Shown piece after piece: positions 28,947-37,790 of a stretch of DNA of 64,000 bases; within the stretch, counting starts at the first letter, position 1, and every line of letters starts with the position of its first letter. Origin of the DNA: Oscillospiraceae bacterium. Lineage in GTDB: Bacteria > Bacillota > Clostridia > Oscillospirales > Ruminococcaceae. Location: assembly GCA_045633415.1 (NCBI GenBank), contig JAZQYH010000001.1:938-64937 (forward strand). Reading direction: 5' to 3'. Under the pieces are notes generated by a model. That model saw only the letters and a program-made list of their open reading frames with translations. It searched no databases and was not told where the DNA came from. Both the position numbers and the translations under genes were made by a program.

Positions 28947-28952
28947 GAAATC

Positions 28953-29244
28953 AATGGCAATGACGATAAACTAGTAGAAAGCAAGGCTGTCATTCAGAGA
29001 GTCCTCGGATGGTGAAATGAGGATATGTTCAGTAGCTTTTGAATTCCTTATCCAGCTGACTGGTGAAATCTTTGTGATGTGTAGCCGGCTCCGGTACCGC
29101 CCGTTACAGCGGAGGGTATTAATCTGTACACCACAGCCGATACCTGTCAAGGTCAGTTTTGTGAGAAGCTGATGAATAGAGGTGGTAACACGGGATTTAT
29201 ACATCTCGTCCTCTGATTGATTAATCAGGGGACGGGATTTTTTG
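28953..29244 (+). promoter_or_regulatory. T-box riboswitch leader 1, specifier UUC (Phe, tentative)
   Basis: Has the GA motif TGACGA, S-turn AGTA/GAA, AGAGAG bulge and GGTGAAAT distal loop. The specifier loop GAA-TTC-C places TTC at 29044-46. T-box sequence is AATAGAGGTGGTAACACGGG (29175-94). Terminator is 29205-29244 plus a T-run. Confidence 0.85.
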
Positions 29245-29297
29245 TTTTTATTCCCCCTCTGAAATCAAAAAATACCAAAAGAGAGAGGCAAAAACAA

Positions 29298-30266
29298 ATG
29301 AAAAAACTTTTAGCATTAGTATTGGCAATGGCAATGACACTTTCACTTACAGCCTGTGGCAGTGACACAGAACAGGACAGCGAAGGAAAAATCAAAATAG
29401 GTATTCTTCAGCAACTGGAGCATTCATCCCTTGACCAGTCCAGAGAAGGCTTTATACAGGCACTGGCAGATAACGGTTATGTAGATGGTGAAAATATTAT
29501 TATCGACTACCAGAATGCACAGTCAGACCAATCCAATCTTTCAAATATGGCAGACAGACTTGTAAGTAATAAATCAGAACTTATTCTTGCCATTGCAACA
29601 GGTGCGGCGCAGACAGTAGCAGGCAAAACATCGGATATTCCAGTTTTTATCACAGCAGTTACAGACCCTGTGGATGCAGGTGTTGTAAACAGTATGGAAA
29701 AACCAGGCACAAACGTTTCCGGTACATCTGATGCCTCCCCGATGAAAGCACAGCTGGAACTACTTCTTCAGCTTAAATATGGTATAAAAACAGTTGGCCT
29801 TCTTTATACATCCAGCGAAGATAACTCCATTCTTCAGATAAGTCAGGCAAAAGCACTTCTTGACGATATGAATGTGAAATATACAGAACAGACTGTTACC
29901 AACTCCAACGATGTACAGCAGGCAGTACAGTCTCTTGTAAATAAATGTGATGCTATCTACATCCCTACAGACAATGTTCTGGCTTCTTCAATGGCACTTG
30001 TAGCAGATATTACATGGCAGGCAGGTATACCAGTAGTTACAGGCGCTGAAAGTATGGTAACAGACGGAGGTCTTGCAACTATTGGTCTTTCTTACTACAA
30101 CCTTGGTTATCAGACAGGGGAAATGGCAGTCAAAGTCCTGGAAGGTGCAGATATATCCACAATGCCTGTGGAAACACAGAAAGAATATAGCTATATTGTA
30201 AACGGTGATGCAGTAGCTGCAATGAACATCACTCTTCCACAGGAATTAGCACAGTATGTGCAGTAA
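29298..30266 (+). CDS. ABC transporter substrate-binding lipoprotein (ABC_sub_bind / TrpX family), paralogue 1
   Basis: Start trimmed to MKKLLALVLAMAMTLSLTACGS (lipobox). Has IKIGILQQLEHSSLDQSREGF and AIATGAAQ. The track's N-terminal extension runs through the T-box terminator. Confidence 0.85.
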   Translation: MKKLLALVLAMAMTLSLTACGSDTEQDSEGKIKIGILQQLEHSSLDQSREGFIQALADNGYVDGENIIIDYQNAQSDQSNLSNMADRLVSNKSELILAIATGAAQTVAGKTSDIPVFITAVTDPVDAGVVNSMEKPGTNVSGTSDASPMKAQLELLLQLKYGIKTVGLLYTSSEDNSILQISQAKALLDDMNVKYTEQTVTNSNDVQQAVQSLVNKCDAIYIPTDNVLASSMALVADITWQAGIPVVTGAESMVTDGGLATIGLSYYNLGYQTGEMAVKVLEGADISTMPVETQKEYSYIVNGDAVAAMNITLPQELAQYVQ

Positions 30267-30434
30267 GCTGTAACACAGCTGTCAGACGGATTTATGGGCC
30301 GGCAATAGTTGAATGTACGATATAGTATGGAGAGAGAAGAGCTATTGTAAAGTTGAGATTTTTGTAGGAAATGTACAAAAATTTTCAACGACGGCCCTTA
30401 AATTATGTAAATTAACAAAAAACCAAACTTGATA

Positions 30435-30462
30435 TTGACAAATAATTATCGATTGATATAAT
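30435..30462 (+). promoter_or_regulatory. SigmaA-type promoter of T-box leader 2
   Basis: TTGACA (30435-40), 16 nt, TATAAT (30457-62). Confidence 0.7.
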
Positions 30463-30468
30463 CAAAAT

Positions 30469-30765
30469 ATAACAGCTATGACGATAAACCAGTAAAAAGC
30501 AAGGTACACATTCAGAGAGCTCCCGGTTGCTGAAAGCGGAGTATGTTTACAGCTTTTGAATACATTATCCAGCTGACCGGTGAAGGCCTTTGCAGGTTGT
30601 GTAGTCGGCTCCGGGGTCGCCCGTTACAGCGAATGGTATTAACTTGTTCACCACAGGCGATACCTGCCGAGGTCGGTTTTGTGAAAAGCCGATAAATAGA
30701 GGTGGTAACACGGGATTTATTTATCTCGTCCTCTGATTTTATTAATCAGGGGACGGGATTTTTTA
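30469..30765 (+). promoter_or_regulatory. T-box riboswitch leader 2, specifier UAC (Tyr)
   Basis: Same architecture as leader 1. The specifier loop GAA-TAC-A places TAC at 30561-63, followed by the conserved purine. T-box sequence is 30695-30714. Terminator is 30725-30765. Confidence 0.88.
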
Positions 30766-30847
30766 TTTGTCGCAAAAGTGGCCACAGCGAATTTAAAAAA
30801 TCTTACCTCTGAAAACGGCACAAATTTAATCTAAAGAGGTAAAGAAA

Positions 30848-31831
30848 ATGAAAAAACTTACAGCATTATTACTCACATTGGTTATGGCGCTTTCACTTAC
30901 AGCATGCGGCGGCAACGCAGCGAATTCAGATGGCGAAGAAAAAATAAAAATCGGTGTTCTTCAGCAACTTGAACACGTTGCACTTGACCAGGCAAGAGAA
31001 GGCTTTATACAGGCACTGGAAGACAACGGCTTTAAAGACGGCGAAAATATGGTGCTGGATATTCAGAATGCACAGGCAGACCAGTCCAACCTGCAGACTA
31101 TGGCTGACAGATTGGTAAACGAGGGAAATGATGTTATCCTTGCCATTGCAACAGGTGCAGCGCAGACAGTAGCTGGCAAAACAAAAGACATTCCTATTCT
31201 TATTACAGCGGTTACAGACCCTGTGGATGCAGGTCTTGTAAACAGTATGGAAAACCCAGGGACAAATGTTTCGGGTACATCAGACGCTTCCCCGATGGAA
31301 GAACAGATAGATTTAATGCTTACACTTTGTCCACAAGTAAAAACAGTAGGTGTTCTCTACACCTCCAGCGAAGATAACTCAGTTCTTCAGGTTTCACAGC
31401 TTAAACCTATACTTAAAGCAAAAAATCTGAAAATAGTTGAACAGACGGTTACTAATTCCAACGATGTACAGCAGGCGGCACAGTCACTGGTAACTAAATG
31501 CGACGCTATCTACATTCCTACAGACAATGTTCTTGCTTCTTCAATAGCACTGGTTGCCAGCGAAGCAAACAACGCAAAAATACCGGTTATATGCGGTGAA
31601 TCAGGTCAGGTTACAGGCGGCGGCTTTGCAACAATCGGCATTGACTACTTTAATCTTGGCTACCAGACAGGCGAAATGGCTATTCGTATTCTGAATGGTG
31701 AAGATGTTTCTGCTATGGCGGTGGAAACACAGAAAGATTTTGCATACACAATCAACGGTGATGTGGCAGATATTCTGGGCATCACAATACCAGACAATCT
31801 TCAGGAGTTCGTAATCAAAACTGCTGAATAG
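30848..31831 (+). CDS. ABC transporter substrate-binding lipoprotein (ABC_sub_bind / TrpX family), paralogue 2
   Basis: 327 aa starting MKKLTALLLTLVMALSLTACGG (lipobox). Colinear with and highly similar to paralogue 1. Confidence 0.88.
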   Translation: MKKLTALLLTLVMALSLTACGGNAANSDGEEKIKIGVLQQLEHVALDQAREGFIQALEDNGFKDGENMVLDIQNAQADQSNLQTMADRLVNEGNDVILAIATGAAQTVAGKTKDIPILITAVTDPVDAGLVNSMENPGTNVSGTSDASPMEEQIDLMLTLCPQVKTVGVLYTSSEDNSVLQVSQLKPILKAKNLKIVEQTVTNSNDVQQAAQSLVTKCDAIYIPTDNVLASSIALVASEANNAKIPVICGESGQVTGGGFATIGIDYFNLGYQTGEMAIRILNGEDVSAMAVETQKDFAYTINGDVADILGITIPDNLQEFVIKTAE

Positions 31832-31864
31832 TCGAAATATATATAATTCAGGAGTATATCAGAA

Positions 31865-32791
31865 ATGTTAAACGTAATCACAGGCGCAATTTCATTAGGT
31901 TTATTATGGTCAGTTACAGCTTTGGGCGTATACCTTACATTCCGTATGCTGGACTTTGCAGATATGACAGTTGACGGCAGTATCGTTACAGGTGCCGCTA
32001 TTGTTGCCACTCTGCTGAAAAACGGTATCACAAATCCATTGGTGGCTACACTGCTGGCTTTTGTTGGTGGTATGGTTGCCGGTGCTGTTACAGGCATTCT
32101 CCATACTAAACTGAAAATACCTGCTATTCTTTCTGGTATACTTACACAGATAGGTCTTTATTCAGTCAATATTAAAATCATGGGTAGTGCCAACGTTAAC
32201 CTGCTTAAAGTAGACACTCTGTTTGACATTATTCCTATCTCTAAAAATGCTGTTCTTATAGGCGGTGGTGTTTCCGCCATAGCTCTGGTAGCTATCCTTT
32301 ATGCATTCCTTACTACATCTCTTGGCAGTGCATTGCGTGCTACAGGTAACAACGAAAAAATGGCAAATGCAATGGGCATCAATACAGACAACATGAAAAT
32401 CATGGGTCTAGCATTGGGTAACGGTCTTGTGGCGCTTTCAGGTGCACTTATTGCACAGAGTCAGCAGTACTCCGATATGGGTATGGGTCAGGGCTCTATC
32501 GTTATAGGTCTTGCCAGCATATTCATTGGTGAAGTTCTGTGGCAGCGCAGAAGCATCCTTGGCAAACTGTCAGCAGTTGTTGTTGGTGCTGTAACATACA
32601 GAGTAATTATCGCTCTGGTTATTGATATGGGTATGGACCCACTCAATCTCAAACTGTTCACAGCTATCACAGTTACATTGGCACTTTCAATGCCAAGAAT
32701 CAGATGTTTTGCAGTTTCAAAAATCAAATCATTGAAAAAATCTGTAAAACACCCAGTAAAAATCAGAGAGAAGAAGGAAACAACAGTATGA
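31865..32791 (+). CDS. ABC transporter permease (TrpY-like, COG4120 type)
   Basis: 308 aa polytopic protein starting MLNVITGAISLGLLWSVTALGVYLTFRMLDFADMTVDGS. Confidence 0.85.
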   Translation: MLNVITGAISLGLLWSVTALGVYLTFRMLDFADMTVDGSIVTGAAIVATLLKNGITNPLVATLLAFVGGMVAGAVTGILHTKLKIPAILSGILTQIGLYSVNIKIMGSANVNLLKVDTLFDIIPISKNAVLIGGGVSAIALVAILYAFLTTSLGSALRATGNNEKMANAMGINTDNMKIMGLALGNGLVALSGALIAQSQQYSDMGMGQGSIVIGLASIFIGEVLWQRRSILGKLSAVVVGAVTYRVIIALVIDMGMDPLNLKLFTAITVTLALSMPRIRCFAVSKIKSLKKSVKHPVKIREKKETTV

Positions 32792-33591
32792 TACCGGCAC
32801 TTGTAGTAAAAGGAATAGAAAAGACCTTCAATCCAGGTACAATTACAGAAAACTATGTTTTGAAAGGTGTGGACCTTGTACTTGAAGAAGGAGATTATGT
32901 TACAGTCATCGGTGGTAACGGTGCAGGTAAATCCACATTGCTCAACTCCATCGCAGGCACTTACCCTGTAGATGAAGGGCAGATTTTTATCAAAGATGCG
33001 GAAGTTACCCATCTGCCTGAACACAAACGTGCGCACCATCTTGGTCGTGTGTTTCAGGACCCTATGGTAGGCACAGCGGCTGGCATGACAATAGCAGAAA
33101 ATCTTTCCCTTGCACTCCACCGAGGCGAAAAACGTGGTCTTGGTAAAGCTATCACACAGACAGAAAGAGAATTATTCTACAACGAACTTAAACAACTGGA
33201 CCTTGACCTCGAAAACAGACTGGATGATGTTATCGGCTTATTGTCTGGCGGTCAGAGACAGGCTATAACACTGCTGATGGCTACAATCAAAAAACCTGAC
33301 CTATTGCTTCTGGATGAACACACAGCGGCGCTGGACCCTAAAACAGCAGAAAAGGTTTTACAGCTTACAGATAATATAATAAAAGAAAACAATCTTACCA
33401 CTTTGATGATTACACACAATATGCGTGATGCCATAAACCACGGCAACCGCCTTATTATGATGAACAATGGTAAAATTGTGTTTGATGTAAAAGGTGAAGA
33501 AAAGAAAAATCTTACAGTAGAAATCCTGCTGGAAAAATTTACACAGTCATATTCACAGGGCGTATTATCAGACAGATTGGTCCTTGGATAA
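32788..33591 (+). CDS. ABC transporter ATP-binding protein (TrpZ-like, COG1101 type)
   Basis: The ATG overlaps the permease stop (ATGA). Walker A is GGNGAGKST, the signature is LSGGQRQ and Walker B is LLLLDEHT. Confidence 0.9.
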   Translation: MIPALVVKGIEKTFNPGTITENYVLKGVDLVLEEGDYVTVIGGNGAGKSTLLNSIAGTYPVDEGQIFIKDAEVTHLPEHKRAHHLGRVFQDPMVGTAAGMTIAENLSLALHRGEKRGLGKAITQTERELFYNELKQLDLDLENRLDDVIGLLSGGQRQAITLLMATIKKPDLLLLDEHTAALDPKTAEKVLQLTDNIIKENNLTTLMITHNMRDAINHGNRLIMMNNGKIVFDVKGEEKKNLTVEILLEKFTQSYSQGVLSDRLVLG

Positions 33592-33613
33592 AATATACTT
33601 CTGAAAAGCAATC

Positions 33614-33638
33614 AAGCCGGCCAGCCACCGGCTTTTTT
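33614..33638 (+). terminator. Intrinsic terminator of the ABC operon
   Basis: AAGCCGG-ccagcca-CCGGCTT followed by TTTT. Confidence 0.8.
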
Positions 33639-33663
33639 GCTGAAAAATTTTTTCAAAAAAGTG

Positions 33664-33691
33664 TTGACAAATCGAAATTCAGTGGTATAAT
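33664..33691 (+). promoter_or_regulatory. Promoter of the tRNA-Ser pair
   Basis: TTGACA (33664-69), 16 nt, TATAAT (33686-91). Confidence 0.7.
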
Positions 33692-33713
33692 AATGTTCGT
33701 AACTCAAGGATAC

Positions 33714-33800
<87 letters not shown>

Positions 33801-33859
33801 TATCTTTTAGTTGTGCGGTTTCAAACCGCTTTTTTTCATAATAATACCAAACTTCGTCT

Positions 33860-33951
33860 GGAGATTTACTCAAGTTGGCCGAAGAGGCGCCCCTGCTAAG
33901 GGCGTAGGGCGGGTAACCGTCGCGAGGGTTCAAATCCCTCAATCTCCGCCA
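33860..33951 (+). tRNA. tRNA-Ser (anticodon GCU), CCA encoded
   Basis: Acceptor is GGAGATT/AATCTCC. Anticodon arm is CGCCC-CTGCTAA-GGGCG. Has a long variable arm, T-loop TTCAAATC and ends GCCA. Confidence 0.92.
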
Positions 33952-33954
33952 GGA

Positions 33955-33983
33955 AAAGCACCCAAGTAATTGGGTGCTTTTTG
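33955..33983 (+). terminator. Intrinsic terminator after the tRNA-Ser pair
   Basis: AAGCACCCA-agtaa-TTGGGTGCTT followed by TTT. Confidence 0.8.
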
Positions 33984-34244
33984 CTTTTCTCAAAGGGATT
34001 TTAACCCGGGAGGGTTTCGCCGTGAAGAAAACAGTGTGGTACACTGTTTTCAGGCGAAAGAGCCGAGCGCACCAAGCGAGGCCAGATAGTATTTGCCGAA
34101 GGCAAAGACGGCAAATCAGCCCTGAAAAGTTTTTGTCGCGCACGGCGACGGGCTAAAGCCCCTCTTGTTCGCTCGTAACTTTCCCTTCCTCCGCCTTCCT
34201 TCATCTGCCACTGGCAGCGGTCGGCTCCGTCACCCAATCTCCGC

Positions 34245-34256
34245 CAAGAAAAAGAG
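34245..34256 (+). repeat. Second copy of the tRNA-Ser(GCU) 3' end (CAATCTCCGCCA), followed by its own terminator hairpin (34261-34292)
   Basis: Exact 12-nt match to 33940-33951, with similar flanks (gaaaag after each copy). Hairpin is GAGCTATCACAtaTGTGATAGTTC followed by TTTTT. Confidence 0.7.
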
Positions 34257-34514
34257 CTATCACATATGTGATAGTTCTTTTTCATTTGTATGTAAAAGTT
34301 AAGTAGGATTTGAGCCTGCAAGAGTTTCGGGCATATAAATCACCTGTGCAACTGATTTGTACATCTATCTGCCACTATATTTTTCTTGACAATTTTGTAT
34401 TTATAATATTATTATAATGTATATATAATAAAGGCTGTGGAAAATTGTTTTTTTAAATAAAAACAACGTTCCACATCTTAAGGTTTGTAAATTGAGAACA
34501 GGAAGGGGTTCTAT

Positions 34515-34796
34515 ATGGATATTAAAACACTGGAAAGATTACAGAAACTTAACCAGCTTAACCTTACTGAAGAAGAAACTGCAAAACTCATCGGCTTTTT
34601 CGAAACAGCTGAAAAAGATGCAGAAATTCTTTCTACAGTAAACACAGACAATGTTGAAAGAATGGTATATGTAATGCCTATGACAAACATTATCCGTGAA
34701 GATATTGCAAAAAAATTATTTACACGTGACCAGCTGCAGGAACAGGCACCAGAAGCTATGGATGGCTACTGGCAGGTTCCACGTCTTGTAGACTAA
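34515..34796 (+). CDS. gatC: Asp-tRNA(Asn)/Glu-tRNA(Gln) amidotransferase subunit C
   Basis: 93 aa with LQKLNQLNLTEEETAKL and a C-terminus ending GYWQVPRLVD. First gene of a gatC-A-B arrangement. Confidence 0.88.
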   Translation: MDIKTLERLQKLNQLNLTEEETAKLIGFFETAEKDAEILSTVNTDNVERMVYVMPMTNIIREDIAKKLFTRDQLQEQAPEAMDGYWQVPRLVD

Positions 34797-34814
34797 AGGA
34801 AAGGATGAAGAGAT

Positions 34815-35978
34815 ATGAAAATGTATATTGCTGAAACTGAAAAATCAGTTAAAAACATTGTTGTTGACGATATGATTCTCACAACAGATATGCCTACATC
34901 CGCAGGTTCCAGAATGCTGGATGGTTATATGAGCCTTTTTGAAGCTGAAGCAGTTTCAAAACTGACAGAAGCTGGCTATAAAGTATATGCAAAAGCAAAC
35001 ACAGGTGAATTTGGTCTTGACCTCATGGGTGAAACATCCTACTATGGTGCAGTAGAAGCTGACGGCATGCTGACAACAGCTGTTGCACAGGCTGTTAAAA
35101 CAGGCGAAGCTATGGCCGGCGTTACTCTGGAAGTAAACGGTGCATCTGCACGTGGTGCTGCACTGGCTGGTCTTACATTTGTAAAACCTACTTACGGCAC
35201 AGTTTCACGTTTCGGTACAATCCCAGCAGTTTGCTCTGGCGAAACAGTATCTGTAACAGCTGCTGATGCAAACACAGCAAAAGAAGTTCTGTGGGCTGTA
35301 AAAGGTCACAGCGACAAAGATGGCACATCTCTGCCAGAAGAAAAATGCGTAATGGCTGATGTGAAAGAAATCAAAAAAGTAGCGGTTGCAAAATCTCTGA
35401 TGGTTGGCGAAGGCGTTGCTAAAGTGGAAGAAATGAAAGCAAAACTTTCCGCACAGGGTATCGAAGTTGTTGAAATTGACGGCGAAGAATTGCTGCTGGC
35501 AAAATCTGCATGGAATGTTCTTATGTCTGCAGAACTTTGCAATAACGTTTCCAAATATGACGGTGTAAAATACGGCTATCGCACAACAAACTACGAAACA
35601 ATTGACCAGCTGTATACAAACAGCCGTACAGAAGCATTTGGTTATCTGACAAAATCAGTTGTTCTCTTTGGTTCCGAAGCTCTGTCCGAAGACAACTACT
35701 ACAAAGTATACGACAAATCACAGAGAATCCGCCGTGTTATCAGCGAAGCAATGGCAAAAGTATTTGGCGAATTTGATGCTATCCTTGCACCTGTTTCTTC
35801 AAAACTGTCCTACACAACAGAAGAAGCAATTGCAAATCCATATATGGCTTATGAAGAAAGCCTTTACATCGCACCAGCTATGATTACAGGTCTGCCTGTA
35901 GTTGTGACAAACGGTGTACAGCTTGTTGGTCCTGCATTCAGCGAAAGCAGTCTGCTGGCTCTGGCTGAAAAACTTTAA
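34815..35978 (+). CDS. GatA-position amidase-fold protein that is shortened and lacks the amidase signature / catalytic triad
   Basis: 387 aa. Colinear with GatA (TFVKPTYGTVSRFG; YDGVKYGYRT; RTEAFG). However VVDDM replaces the GVKDN Lys, there is no GGSSGGS motif and EVNGASARG replaces SDTGGSIRQ. Confidence 0.7.
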   Translation: MKMYIAETEKSVKNIVVDDMILTTDMPTSAGSRMLDGYMSLFEAEAVSKLTEAGYKVYAKANTGEFGLDLMGETSYYGAVEADGMLTTAVAQAVKTGEAMAGVTLEVNGASARGAALAGLTFVKPTYGTVSRFGTIPAVCSGETVSVTAADANTAKEVLWAVKGHSDKDGTSLPEEKCVMADVKEIKKVAVAKSLMVGEGVAKVEEMKAKLSAQGIEVVEIDGEELLLAKSAWNVLMSAELCNNVSKYDGVKYGYRTTNYETIDQLYTNSRTEAFGYLTKSVVLFGSEALSEDNYYKVYDKSQRIRRVISEAMAKVFGEFDAILAPVSSKLSYTTEEAIANPYMAYEESLYIAPAMITGLPVVVTNGVQLVGPAFSESSLLALAEKL

Positions 35979-35993
35979 GAGGAGGTTGGGATA

Positions 35994-37427
35994 ATGAAAT
36001 ACGAAACAGTCATTGGTCTTGAAGTTCATGTTGAACTTGCCACAAAATCTAAAATTTTCTGTTCCTGTTCTGCTGAATTTGGCGGCGAACAGAACGACCA
36101 TGTATGTCCAGCATGTGCTGGTATGCCTGGTATGCTGCCAATCGTTAACAAAAAAGTTGTTGACCTCGGCATGACAGCTGGTCTTATGCTGAACTGTGAC
36201 ATCAACCGTGTTACAACATTTGACAAAAAAAGCTACTACTACCCAGACCTTCCAAACGCTTACCAGACAACACAGTGGTTTGCACCTATCTGTGTAAATG
36301 GTCGTGTTGACATCGAAACATCCAACGGTCCTAAATCCATCAGAATCAAACAGATTCATATGGAAGAAGACGCTGGTAAACTGGTACACGACGACTGGTC
36401 AGATACAACTCTGGTTGACTTTAACAGAACATCTGTTCCACTTATCGAAATCGTTTCACAGCCAGATATCTCTTCTGCTGAAGAAGCTATCGCTTATCTG
36501 GAAAGACTCCGTGACCTTCTGCGTTTTGCAAAAGTATCTGACTGCCGTTGGGAACAGGGCTCTATGCGTTGCGACGTTAACCTTTCAGTTCGTCCTGTTG
36601 GCAGTGACAAACTGGGTGTAAGAAGTGAAATGAAAAATATGAACTCACTTTCTGCTATTTCCAGAGCTATCAAATATGAAATTACACGTCATACACGTGC
36701 TATCGAAAACGGTGAAACACTTATTCAGGATACACGTCGCTGGGACGACAACGAAGGTAAGAGCTATGCAATGAGAAGCAAAGAAACAGCTGGCGACTAC
36801 CGTTACTTCCCAGACCCTAACATTATGCCTGTTGTTATTGATGATGAATGGTTCGGCAGAATTGAAGAATCCCTGCCAGAACTGCCAGAAATCAAACGTG
36901 CACGCTACATTGATGAACTGGGCCTGTCTGAATACGATGCAGACCAGCTGGTTTCCAGCCGTGCTCTGTGTGATGTATTTGAAGGTGCTCTGGCTGTATG
37001 TGGCAATGCAAAAGAAGTTGCAAACTGGCTGATTACAGACTGTATGCAGGTTCTCAACAAAAAGAAAATGACAGCTGATATGCTGAATATCAACGGCACA
37101 TCCCTTGGCCAGATGATTAAACTGGTTATGGAAGACAAAGTAAGCCGTGGTAATGCAAAACGTATTCTGGCTGCTCTCTTTGACCAGGAAATCGCTGATG
37201 TAGAAGCATATGCTAAAGAATTTGGTTTTATCGTTTCCAACGATACATCTGCTATCGAAGCTATCGTAAAAGAAGCTATCGCTGCAGACCCTAAATCCGT
37301 TGCAGACTTTAAAGGTGGCAAGGAAAAAGCCCTTATGGCTCTCTTCGGCAAATGTATGAAGCAGCTGAAAGGCAACGCAAACCCACAGGTTCTGCGCGAA
37401 ATTCTGATTGCTGAAATCAACAAATAA
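35994..37427 (+). CDS. gatB: Asp-tRNA(Asn)/Glu-tRNA(Gln) amidotransferase subunit B
   Basis: 477 aa starting MKYETVIGLEVHVELATKSKIFCSC, with YYYPDLPNAYQTTQ, HMEEDAGK and a C-terminal YqeY-like tail. Confidence 0.95.
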   Translation: MKYETVIGLEVHVELATKSKIFCSCSAEFGGEQNDHVCPACAGMPGMLPIVNKKVVDLGMTAGLMLNCDINRVTTFDKKSYYYPDLPNAYQTTQWFAPICVNGRVDIETSNGPKSIRIKQIHMEEDAGKLVHDDWSDTTLVDFNRTSVPLIEIVSQPDISSAEEAIAYLERLRDLLRFAKVSDCRWEQGSMRCDVNLSVRPVGSDKLGVRSEMKNMNSLSAISRAIKYEITRHTRAIENGETLIQDTRRWDDNEGKSYAMRSKETAGDYRYFPDPNIMPVVIDDEWFGRIEESLPELPEIKRARYIDELGLSEYDADQLVSSRALCDVFEGALAVCGNAKEVANWLITDCMQVLNKKKMTADMLNINGTSLGQMIKLVMEDKVSRGNAKRILAALFDQEIADVEAYAKEFGFIVSNDTSAIEAIVKEAIAADPKSVADFKGGKEKALMALFGKCMKQLKGNANPQVLREILIAEINK

Positions 37428-37447
37428 TTAAATACTAATTGAATTAT

Positions 37448-37480
37448 AAAAGTGTAGCAATTGTTGCTACACTTTTATTT
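37448..37480 (+). terminator. Intrinsic terminator after gatB
   Basis: AAAGTGTAGCAA-ttg-TTGCTACACTTT followed by a T-rich tract. Confidence 0.85.
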
Positions 37481-37617
37481 TATTTAAACATATATATACC
37501 GGTTTATAAGTACTGTACTAATAGGATAGGTGGCGATGTTACAGATTTGATTCAGGCAATTTCAACTATGAATAAAAGAAATTTCTAGAATGAACTGATA
37601 AGTATACCATCCATAAA

Positions 37618-37651
37618 ATAAAAAGACTGTTGCACCGCAACAGTCTTTTTA
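37618..37651. terminator. Hairpin A (AAAAAGACTGTTGC-acc-GCAACAGTCTTTTT), near-identical to hairpin B at 40478-40512
   Basis: Perfect 11-bp stem flanked by A and T runs. No ORF ends next to it. Confidence 0.6.
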
Positions 37652-37790
37652 TATAAAAATTACTATCTAGTAAAAAAACTGGTTTACCTTACTGAAAATA
37701 TTCTTCGAAAAAATTTTGACAAAAGCTGAAATATTTTGTAACCTTTTGTGGATGCATTACGAATAATATAATGAAAGGGAATATTAAATT

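Noticed and set aside
28971-29204. 77-aa minus-strand ORF
   Set aside because: It lies entirely inside T-box leader 1 and has no SD. The region is explained by the riboswitch.
34386-34407. TTGACA / TATAAT pair upstream of gatC as a promoter
   Set aside because: The spacer is only 10 nt, which is incompatible with a sigmaA promoter. Alternative -10 boxes give poor spacing, so no promoter is called.
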